64,000 bases of DNA, taken from Tubulanus polymorphus. Lineage: Eukaryota; Animalia; Nemertea. Under the pieces are notes generated by a model. The model was not told the DNA's origin. It saw only the letters and a list, made by a program, of their open reading frames with translations, and ran no database searches. This document shows, piece by piece, positions 1-11,700 of this stretch (within the stretch, counting starts at the first letter, position 1; each line of letters starts with the position of its first letter). A program made the position numbers and the translations under genes. The DNA is taken from the NCBI RefSeq assembly GCF_964204645.1, contig NC_134026.1:30228150-30292149 (forward strand). Direction: 5' to 3'.

Positions 1-44
1 TTATTTCCATGTTCGTTGTATTTATTGTACTAATTTTGCTAAAG

Positions 45-100
45 ACAAACTGGGACCAGGTTCATATCATGTAAAAACAAACCATTCTATGATAATCTAG
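45..100 (+). CDS. Possible terminal coding exon of an upstream gene (xKLGPGSYHVKTNHSMII*), resembling a PGPGxY (SHIPPO-type) repeat
   Basis: AG at 43-44 followed by an open frame to TAG 98-100. The LGPGSY motif is suggestive, but the segment is short and the acceptor weak. Confidence 0.2.
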
Positions 101-1887
101 TCGTGCTAGATCTTGCTGTTGATTGTGTGATTGTATTTTTTACATTTTCACAAGTTTATGATAATCTTTATCGGGTAAATAGCGTGTGACTTATCCATGA
201 ATTACATATTTGAATTAACGAAAAATGAAAATGGTCAATTGTTTTAGCAGATGCAGTAGGTTTTATTGCTAAAAGTCTCATGGCAAATCACTATAAAACA
301 ATTGATAATCTTGTGATACATTAGATGATTTACTATGCACAGTATTATGTGAATTGATTAATGAAATGCAAAAGATTGAAATGTAGTCAAACCGGCTTGA
401 TCCTGATCTAATCTGGATATTATTTACAGTCCATCTAAATCTGATGTTTATAATCAGGATTCCTCATAAACTAGAAAAGATGAATTTCCTCAGTTCCAAA
501 TTACGATAAGCAGGTTTGACTGTAGTTATTGCCGATTACCGTAGATAAAACTTGCTCACTATGTCCGGAATATTCCCTTTCAGTAATGTACATATATTTT
601 TGCATTTCTAGTTTCTATGTCAAAATATGAATTACTTATTTCATTAAGGGAATGGCTCATGAAGATCTGGAGAATGGGATACATCAATCCCTGCTTTACC
701 TTATAAAACTGGAATGATTTATCTTTATTTATAGAGAAATTGTAGCCAGTGCGCGTGATTATTCTGATACTTTTGTAAAATATGTGCTGCATTTTAACAT
801 AGTTTGTGTATATTATTGGATATTATTATTGGATTGTATCAAAAATTCATAAAGACTTGTCTATGAATTTTTGATTGTATATATATAAAATGGTGAACTG
901 ATCATTCTTTGTTCTTCAACGATTTCGAGAAAGCTGTAAAATCTTTTGTAGAAGCATCGATCTTATTTTGAAAATAAAAAGAAATCTACCAGACATTGTT
1001 TCCAGTTACATGAATTTTGAATCCAAGTTTTCCGAAGTATTTCATGAGTGATTCTACAATTTTCACAAATAGAATAAATACTAATCATACTACAGGCCAG
1101 TCAACTTCAGTGATGATTGGTGGATACACGTGATTTTCAAGAAAAATTGCTGAAGAAAATCGCCATTGACAAATGTGAAGTGAAGTATGGAATGAATTTC
1201 TCATATATTTTCCGGATTAAAGGAAAATCTTTCTAATTCACAACTATTTCGAAATTGGAAAATATTATTTCAAAATCCTGAAGTCTTTCCTGATTTCTCA
1301 GTGCTGAAGGAACTGGGAAAAACTAGTTTTATTGGATGTGTTTCTGGGGATAGGAGAGACATTGAATCAAAAATCGGACAAGTGAGACGTGCATATGAAC
1401 TACGAATCTACGCCTCAATTATTACATAAAAAAGATTTATTTCTATAAAACTTGAAAATCTGGAACAACAACAATAAAAAAAAGAATTAAACGGTCAACG
1501 TGTCAAGAACTTTGACGCTATTTATAACAAAGGTAATTTTAAACCAGACATCACTCGGTCATTTATAGTTCAATACTAATTTGCTCCTCTGCGGTGCATG
1601 TCATTGTTTGCTCACATTTCTTACAACTGATTTCTGCCTTTCTTATCATCTCTACCGTGTATGGACTGAATTGCGTTAACAATTCCACTTCAAGCATGTG
1701 GCTTCTTACTGAAAATCAAAATATATTTTACATCAAAATCTTCTGGAGGTCACTTTTCGTTTTCCAAATTTCATGTAGGCCCTAGGCCTAACTTCCTCGG
1801 TTTTCCCAAAAACTCCCTCAGTGAATAGATCAGGTGATTGGAGAGATTTGTTGGTTTGAAATATACAATTTATTCATTTTTCATGAA

Positions 1888-2317
1888 TCAGTGGACCCAA
1901 ATTGACCTAGATGAATTCCTTAAACGTTTTCCATGTTTTTGGCAAAATTTGTCAAATTCCCTGAGTTTTCTGTGATTTTTTTCTAGATGTCTCTGATTCC
2001 CTGCGTGGTCCAGGTTAGACTGTGTTCCACGCATGGCTGATAGATTACCGTTAGCTCTTGAAAGCTTTTCGTTCAATTCACTTAATTCTTTAACGGTTTC
2101 TTCTAATTTTTTCAATTCCTCTGAATGGCAGTAGTTCTCCACGCTCAGCCTCAGGGAGTCCGGTTTTCTTGTAATTTCACAACCGTTTCTTAAAAATGAA
2201 ACAAAGATTCAGTCTTCCAAAGTTTGCTGGACAGATCAGAACTATAAGTCTAAAATGATTAATCACTCACTGATCAAAGTTTATTTTATTGCTACTGTTG
2301 CTGTTGTTGGACTGCAT
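1888..2317 (-). CDS. Small orphan coiled-coil protein, about 115 aa (MQSNNSNSSNKINFDQNGCEITRKPDSLRLSVENYCHSEELKKLEETVKELSELNEKL...)
   Basis: Exons 2317-2271 and 2188-1888 join in frame across an 82-nt GTGAGT...TAAG intron. AATAAA lies on the minus strand just past the stop (~1870), and there is a probable upstream non-coding exon near 2400-2440. The central segment is heptad-like. Confidence 0.55.
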
Positions 2318-5300
2318 TCTCGATACTCTACTTTCAATCTAAAATTTAGAACGAATTTAACAAAGAAGGCATCAAAAGAATGTCGCTAACGCTAACCATT
2401 GGCATTGCGCATTCTGCTGGTACAGTCAGGAAACTTGAAATCGAAAAATAAGCTAATTTGATTTGAATCGAAAGATCTGGAAGGGCCGCATCGGGCCGGC
2501 CTCTTTGGGCACTACAACCTTGGACAGGGGATGTAATCCGACACGGTGTAGTGACACAGTCTTTGGAGGAGAGAGGGGCATAGACTAAATCGTTCTGTCA
2601 AATCCACGCGTGTTTATAAATGGCGCGCTGTATGCTCGCTCAGGGCACGCTCCGCTGGCACCCGGCCAACTCAACCGTGACCGTGAGGATCGCGAATATT
2701 CATACCATTTTATCAGACACTAATTCAGAAAAACGTTCTGTTTCTTCTATTGTATTTGAGCCGTTTCTGTATATTTTCACACAGTGGTTAATTATTCCAC
2801 TTTATCAATCATAGTTTGAATCGACATATTTCGCTATTTAGCACGACTGATTGTGATGATAATGGCCGCCGCGATGCAGCTGGGCTGTCATTATTGATGA
2901 TATCAATTTGTTTCTCTGTGGTAAGTAACGAATTGGGGTCAGGGTTTGTTGATGTGATAAAAGCACGGACATGGGTATTTTTGATCTGATGAAACAACAA
3001 AAACTAAGAAGGGTAATGCCCAAAAAGAATTCTTTGTTCATCCGATTCTGACATTTGACAAGTGCCGAAGCGAAGAAGTGGACCGGACCACTCAACAACA
3101 GTCACACTGTCTCTTGACATGCTTGACTGGTTGTTGTAGTGTTTGTCACGGATGGTGCTGTCTTGTGAGTGTGAATGAAAGTGTGGCTTGTGACTGGCTG
3201 AATGACTGACTGTCACCACAATGCCTAGAGACTGACTGATCAGCACTTAACATGCCTGATTGACTTTGGGCCTTCAACTTGCTCTGAATGATTTGTGTGT
3301 GCTGTGTATAATCTGATAGTCTATATACTGTTGACAATTATTGCGATAAAGCGTCATTACCCTATCAGAATTGATCTCATCAATATGATTATGCATTACT
3401 ATTATTTAAATTATATGATTCAACGGAACAAAAAAGCTGGTTCTTTATGATGAATAAAACTGATGGTCCATAGTTAACTTCAATTATAATGTAGTTATCA
3501 TTTGATTGTTACAGATTCGAATCAGCCCGGGTTAAGTGTAATCAGAGAATTTATATTCCTGATCGGTTGTTGCTTCTCTCACTGTGTCCCCTTTGAGATT
3601 GCTATAAAGGGGGTTTGAAAATTAGGAAGTGGTTCCACGGTTCTCAGTCGATATTTGACTGTGAATAGTCAGCCCGCAGGCTCTTATATTATTGTTCCAC
3701 ATGTGAACCATCTTTTGTAACTGACCTGTGATGAGACTCATTAATAGGGTTGATGTGTAGTTTATCTGTCAGAAAGATTGTGAAATAAGGAATGTCTCAC
3801 AGTGACAAGATCGCAGCTTGATAACGGTGATTTTTATGAATTTGGGAACGAATATATCTTACTTAAATGAAGTGAGGGGCCTGGGAACTCGAAGAAATGT
3901 CGAACTGAGACCAGAATAATGTTGTGTACCAATCCTTGAACAACCTCTTCAGGTGTTAATGTTAGATTCTGTTAATTGACTGTATTATGATTAGTATGAA
4001 TTGAGAATTGTTCATCTCGGGCCACGCTGTATTATCACCTATCAATCGGTATTTATTATTATTCAAAACGTTCAGGTGTATAATTCAAGTCAATCGTAAC
4101 CATGGCAGTAAATCAATAAATAATTGGCCGCTGCCAGCCGCGATCTCTTTCTAAAAGCTCTAACTGATTGTATGCAACAATTCTCTCAATCATTCTCTGT
4201 ATAAAATCTATTTCCTCATTTTCCTGCACGATGTTGAACTTTGCCGGTTACAGAAGAGACTTTATCATCCATCATCATCAGGAACATGTCTCTTTCTCTC
4301 TCTCTCTTATGAGGATAAACTGGCTGTAGAGATAATCTCGATGAAACACTCTGTGGTGCTGTCACAATGTACAATAAAATCCCGCTTTATAAACCAAAAC
4401 AATGAAAGGTTCCTTGATCTATGAGCTATATCATATCTTATAATACTTGATTAAGTCTCTAGTCTTTGTTCTGGATTATAATACCAGGTACTTCAAATAA
4501 TTTCGCTGTATTCCTGAAGAAGAATATATTTGTATATTGTTGAAACAAGGAAATAATCTATAGCACAAGGAATTCTACAAACTCGATTACGTCATCAGTG
4601 GATAAGTCATCGCATTCAGGGGTAGATCTAGGGTTTGATTGATGGAGGGGTGCAGCACCAAAATATCATATGATTTAAAGGGTTCTGCGAAAAGTGCTCA
4701 TCGAAAGAAAATAAACTCCTTTTTGGAAATAGGAATACTGCTCTCCAGAGAATCAAAAATGTCATTTGATTTTTAATAAATTAATTTTTTAATCTTATTG
4801 TATATGGTTTAATGTTATCATTTCGATCATCGACATAATAATCGTGCTAACTTTGAGGATTGATGTTTGTCTGTTCACCTCTCACTTTGCGGCATTCATA
4901 TAGGCCTACCTGTCTGCAATCTTCAATTATTGCCTGGTTATTTATATAGTTTTATTTATAAAAATGTCTATTCTGGTTTTATATTTACCGCGTGTTGAAA
5001 TAGCAGCTATGATGTGCTAAGGTTTCTCTCATTTTAGAAAACTGTGATTTCTATTGTTCTCATAATGATATGTATTTACAGCAGTTTGTGCGTCATATTT
5101 AGTATAACAATAGTTGTAGCCGCCGCACATTGTATCAAACGTTAGGTCGAGAATATTCATATTTTCATGAAGAGAAATTCACCAGCAACTGATTTTGTAC
5201 TGGTCAGTTTTGAGAAGTGTGCGAGCCGCAATAACGACGAAAAAGTCAAAAGCGTTTGATCTGCGTTTATAGCTAAATATGAAATACATCGAAACTTAGT

Positions 5301-5720
5301 TAAATCTCGTCGTAGCTAGGATTGACGCTTGAACTGAAAATACATCGGATTAATACAATTCAACTGGATTCAACACAAATTGGAACTCAAGAATATTGAC
5401 GAATTAAGTAATGTTTCAACTGATTTTAACTGTAGCTTTATTCATATGTCGTTCAATGACTTATTTCTGATGTTACAGAATGCAAACGGATTAGAACGTG
5501 AAAGTTTGATAACCGTGCTATTTTCTTTGACGTTCAATGTTTTAGGGAGTAGATTAATTGACACAGAATTCTTTTGTTTATCCCCAGATACTTATGATAT
5601 TTATTTACATCAGTTTTAGGAGACATTTTAGCAAAATTCGATTTTTCTATTTCTTTTCAGTTTGAAGATCTTCGCGGGAATGCATATCGTTGGAAGTAAT
5701 ACAATGTTATTAGTTTGGTG

Positions 5721-8700
5721 ATGCACTTCCATGATGTATGTGGAAGTGCTATTGTTTTATCGTCTAGTCAAACCGTAGCAACGCGCTACAAACATTTCTG
5801 TAATGGGATAACGTTTACGCAGAAACCGCTGCCCGTCGGAGGCAAGTTGAGTTTGGAGTTGACGCAGGTTTGCGAGTTTAGCGGCGCCGTGAGGATCGGG
5901 GTAACTACTCGCGATCCGGCGAGTTACTCGCGTGAGGATTTACCGAGATACGCGTTCCCGGAATTAACGAATAAAGAAGGACATTGGGCACGGGCGCTGA
6001 ATGAATGTTACGCAGATACCGGCAATAGGATTACTATATATTTAACTAACGATGGTCAAATGCAGTATTTCGTTAATAATGAACATAAAGGAGTGTTTCT
6101 ACACGGGTTACCAACGGATCAAAACCTTTGGGTATTATTGGATATATATGGAAACACGAAATCAGTCAAATTAGTTCCAACAGGTAAGTAATGTAGGCCC
6201 ACGTCGAGAGAGGTTAGATTGATGTGAAAAACGTTTTGAAAAACATGTGAAAATTCCAGAATTATTCGTGATGTGAACCCTGACACGGAACTTGATTTCA
6301 CGTGTAACAGGATGCAGTAACATGCAGAAATTCGAGCTTAAAATGGTTCAGTTTGAATTGACCTACTCTTAACTTTTAAATTAACATCGGAATTGGAAAT
6401 TAAACTCAATTTTGCTGTCGATGTTGACAACAAGTTCATGTAACTCCTCCCTGCACCCGGGGACGATGATGAAACTAATGATGATTTTACTGATAGATGA
6501 AGCTCCGGTTGAGATTGTCGCGCGAGGACCCAGCGCAATGCAAGCGTATCATCAAGCCTGTAAATCCGGTACAAAACCTGTATTTAGGACACGTCTTATG
6601 TTAGTTGGTCAAGATGGAGTCGGCAAAACCAGTCTGAAAAAAGCATTAACCGGACAAAGGTAAAATAACTAAATGCTTAACGGCCGGGGAATGCTAAATC
6701 TGGTTCTCCATGCAGGGAAAACTAGGGATTTTGAATTTTGGCGTCTTCTAGTTCTATCTGGTAACGAGTGGCGCGAGGAACCTCTTGCAAAGAAACAGGC
6801 CCAGATTAGATTCAATCAGGGAATTTTCAGACATAGGGCACTCTAGAAAATCAGGGAACTAAGCTGGACCCAGTTCCACAGTTGTGAGTTAGAGTTAACT
6901 CTGAGTTAAAGTTAGTTCGTTTTCGATGAGTTAACTCAGGGTCAAATCTTAACTCAGAACTGTGGAACTGGATCCTGGAATTTTGCATTCCCTGATCTGT
7001 AAGAAGCCTCTGATTATTTGAGATTTGTGAGTTACTTCAATTTCTATGTGATTTTTAACTATTTCTTTCAGTCATGATGTTACCGAAAAAAGTACGGAAG
7101 GAATTGATTTATCGGCGTCTTGTAGTTTTAGTCGTCAGGAAAAACAAAATCTTCAGAAATCGATTCAACAACAAGATACGGCTCTTACACCGGGTAATTT
7201 TACTATCAACTCGATATTCCTAAAAAAAACAATCTCAATTATGCTGAAATCACTTTTTGGAGTTTTGCAGCCCCGAAAACCCAAACCCTCATCAGAAATA
7301 TTTGCATTCAGCTTCAACAATATTAGAGACTATTGAATGAAAGGTAGCACGAAGAATAGTGTATAACTTTAGATACTGATAGTGCGTTGACTGTTGTAGT
7401 GTTGGGTGGAGCTCATATTCATATTATCACATTACCAACCAACAAATTAAACAGATCATCGAATGCGGTATATACGTAATTCTCCGATTGTCTGAACTTC
7501 CCCATCTTCAATTATTACTTGTCAAAATATTTTTATAAACCCTCATCATCATTTATTATTTACTCGACGGGCGTGTGATGATCTGTCGCCATGGTAACAC
7601 GAATCATGTGTTGAAAATATGTTTTTTAAATGTAATTGTATCTGCATGGATTAAAACAGATACATTGACCTGGCCTAGGTTAGTGTAGTCCCCGCTATAG
7701 TATCAGTTATCAGATATCAGTTATCAGATATCCAAGCGGTTGAATACAGAAGTGTTAAAATAAAACACAATTGACAGGTGCATCCGGAGGGGACCCTTCT
7801 TATAACATGTTCTTCGCCAGGTTGCAAGATCGTGACTTAAGTCCAAAAAGTCATTAGAAATAGATTGGTCTTGATTGCTTAAACTTGTGTTAAGTAGTGA
7901 GATCAGTTAGGCTATAGAACCAAAATGATCTCAGACTGGTCTTAAGTTGTTAGTTCGGCTATAGAACCAAAATGAGATTAGACTTGTCTTAAGTTGTTAG
8001 ATTGGTTATAGAACCAAAATGAGTAAATGAGCTAAGCAGTGTGGTCATTATATCCAAACAGCTTACAATTGTTTACAGCAACATTTGACAAGGCAAAAGA
8101 TGATCAAGCAAAAAATTCCAGTTTTTTCATCACGAAGAGTCATTTGATTTAGTGCCTGCTCCTATAGAACGCGCAGTAGTGAAGTGAATGCACTGATTGA
8201 ATGTTGTTTCACTCGGGTGGAGTTGATTAACTATTGATTTAATGTTTCGTGATAATTATCCCGAGAATTCATGACCATTGAATCGATTTCAAATGAAATT
8301 CTAAACCGACTCCGATTAATACGTACGGCGTTGATATTCGATATATTGTTTTGTAGGAGGAACCGATTGGTTGGAAGAAGAATATTACAACGCCCTATCA
8401 GATAACATCGTACAGGAACTCGTTCATCAGAAGAGAAATGATAAACCTTCGGTAGATGTAAAAAATCAACAGCTGCTAAACATGACTGCAGCTACTGCAG
8501 CTGCTGCTGCTGCTGCTAAAATGCCTGATATAGAAACAGTTTCCGATGTGGTAAATAATATATATTCATAGTTCTTTCGACGTGTGGTAAAACTCACTGA
8601 AGTCGTCAAAGTATAGAAAGATGATCATTATGTTGACGACTTATCCAATGATGACTTACACTTGAATCGAAATTACAAAATGAGACTCAAAAATAGAGAA

Positions 8701-11700
8701 ATAGAGATGACTTTCCCAATGTGACTGCTTTACCATTGATGACTATATGCCTCATTAGTCTTTGGATCGACAGTAAAACTTGGGCGTCTTAATCGAACGA
8801 TAACCACACTCAAACGTGGTGAACGGATAATAAGATTTATTTATTAAATCTAAAATATATACACTTGACGATGATCTCTAGGGTGAGATCGAAACGTCGT
8901 GTCTTATATATATTTTAGATTTAATAAATAAATTCTTGTTTTTAAATTCTTTTAATCTGTAGATAGTGGGTTTTTATCTTATTGGTCGTCTTAGTTTGCA
9001 CGATAACTATGTCGATGACTTATTCGCATGACAACTTACACACTTACCAATACTAAATAAATTAGAGATGACACAAATTATGTGATGATCCTTAAGAGGA
9101 CTTAGAGTAAGAAAATTTGATTGGAAATACAAATTAGGACTAAAGAATAGAGATTTATCTGATGATAACTTCAATGAGTTTGACTGAATTATTTGTCCTA
9201 ATAAAATTATTATCCTTTGAGCTTGAAACGATTCTGAGAGTTTGATATTTCTACTGTTTTCATGATAAAGTGATGATATATATTTATTATTTACAGCATC
9301 GTCGTGGATCGATAATATCTCTCAGTCCGTACACCGATTTATTGAATGAAATGCCCGAAAGAGTCGTTCAAATCGTCGAATATAAATTGAAAGAACACAA
9401 ACGAAAACCGTCGAAAGAATCGTTACGTAAAGATCAAGATGATGTATTGTTTAATATCTGGGATTTTGCGGGACAATCGATATATTACACAACCCACCAG
9501 GTAATTCGTTATTGCTTCATTTCTCTGGAGGGGTTACACTAAAGTCCGGACAGCTAGTCCATCTTTCCATCCGTCGGTCCATGGAGTAAATTTAGTGCTG
9601 ATAATACATCCTATGTCTTTGGTTTTATATTTGTGGGGACTTTTCGTCTGACACAGCGGACATCGAAATATATCACAGAGTTGAGAATCGGGGTTAAAGA
9701 AAAAGCTGAAAATGTCTGTAAAATGATAAATCTCAATGATATTTTCACTAGGTTTTTCTATCGCACCGAGCTGTTTACGTTATTGTGTTCAATCTTTGTC
9801 ATGAACTATTTGAACTGGCTAAAGTAAGCAACAAGGTACGTATTTAATGCACTGTATCCAATTTAGTGCACATGAAGACCGGTGACTTCTAGTGCATGGT
9901 TGTGAAACCTTTTATTCATCGAGTGAACCTTCAAATTACTACCAGTCTTTTAATTTTTATTGATTTGATACCAGGTTAACAAGGCTCCTCTACAACTATT
10001 TCGAATTTGTGAACTGTGGAGAGATTTTTTCGAGTAAAACTGATTTTGAGTAATATTCGTAATATTTTAGTCGTCTTATGATGAAAGGGAGTTGACTAAT
10101 CTGGAATATATCAAATTCTGGATGAATTCTATCCACGCTCACGCCGCTAAGAATACCCATGACAGTATAGATAACATATCACTATCGCCACCTATATTCG
10201 TCGTCGGAACTCACAAGAATAGTCTCCCGGGAAATGAGGAAGAAAAACAGAAATTGGTAGGTTTTGAATTAACGCGTGAATGAATGATTGAACTGACATT
10301 AGGTTAAAAACATCGAAAAATTGATTGAAAGTTACGAATATCTGCCTCTTCATGGTAGCCTATATAAATGTGTTTACAGATTGAAGAAAAGTTCCGTGTG
10401 ATTCGTGAAGGAATCGAGAACCAAACTTATACACATCATGTAATACCACAGTTTTATGCCATTGAAAATTGTAGTGAAACTGAAGACAATCAGGTAGTTG
10501 ATTTTCCTACATCTCGATATTCAATTTAATAGGTTTATAATGTAATAATTTCTACAAATATATTCATGGTTTATTTATTTGAAGATCGTTGAACTGAGGA
10601 ATAACATACAGACGGTTGGTAGTAAAGAATCCTATATGGGAGAACAAATTCCTTTAAAATGGCTGCAATTTGAGAAGTCAATTTCGCAGTTAGTCGACAA
10701 CGGGATGTACTTCAGTTCAGTGGACCAGGTACTACTCAACATCCGGGAGTGTTTTCCAACCATAGTACCAACGGAATGGCACTTTTTCGGCAAATAAAGG
10801 CACCAAAAACAATTTTTCCTTTCCTCTAAACTGATACAGGAAAAAATCCAAAAACCTAGAAAAGGAAATTGGATAACGCTATTGACCACATGTTTCATGT
10901 TTCTTTATCTATACATGATTCAATGAAAAATGAATGAATTGTAACATTTCTCTGATTCACTCAGGGAATTCTGTATAACCTATACCTGCACTATGTTCTG
11001 TATCCACCATTGAGTTTCTACTAACCGGTAATTTGTTTGTATTTCTAGCTGAAAGAAGTAGCTCATGAACACGATATATTCAGCGATGAAGAATTCTCGA
11101 CGATGTTAGAATTCTATCATGATTTCGGATTGATTATTCACTATAATTCTGCTGATGAGATTCTGAGTAGAATAGTAATACTGAAACCTCAGTGGTTAAC
11201 TGATCAATTCAGAAAGGTTCTCGCATACGACGCTGATGTGAGTAGAACATCATCAATCATAAACCACGTTCACACCATGTTGTGCTAAATTTAGTCTGTT
11301 CCGTGTCTGGGCCAAATTCATCACACTGAATAGCATAAGTGTGAAAGGCGGTTTATGATAAATGACCACGGATTTATGGCGTCTGTATAATGAATCATAA
11401 CTAGTAGTTATAAATGTTTGGTAATACTAAACATTGTAGGAAAACACAGAGAATGGAGTTCTGAATAATAAAGATATGAATAAAATCTGGGGTGATGTGA
11501 TTGTGGAGAAAGCTGCATTAATCGGTTTAATGGATAAATTTGACCTGCTCTGTTTTAGTCTTCCAAATAACAATGTAAGTAGAATTGATGATGAAAGTTT
11601 CTTTTCAAGGAGGAGTTGACTCTAGAATCTCAAAACTGTGATATTTGTTTATACATGGTAGACTACGCACTTGCCACAGAGCTGAGTGCCTCATATTATC

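Noticed and set aside
580-1500. Short open frames on both strands that might be gene remnants
   Set aside because: No recognisable motifs and no consistent splice structure.
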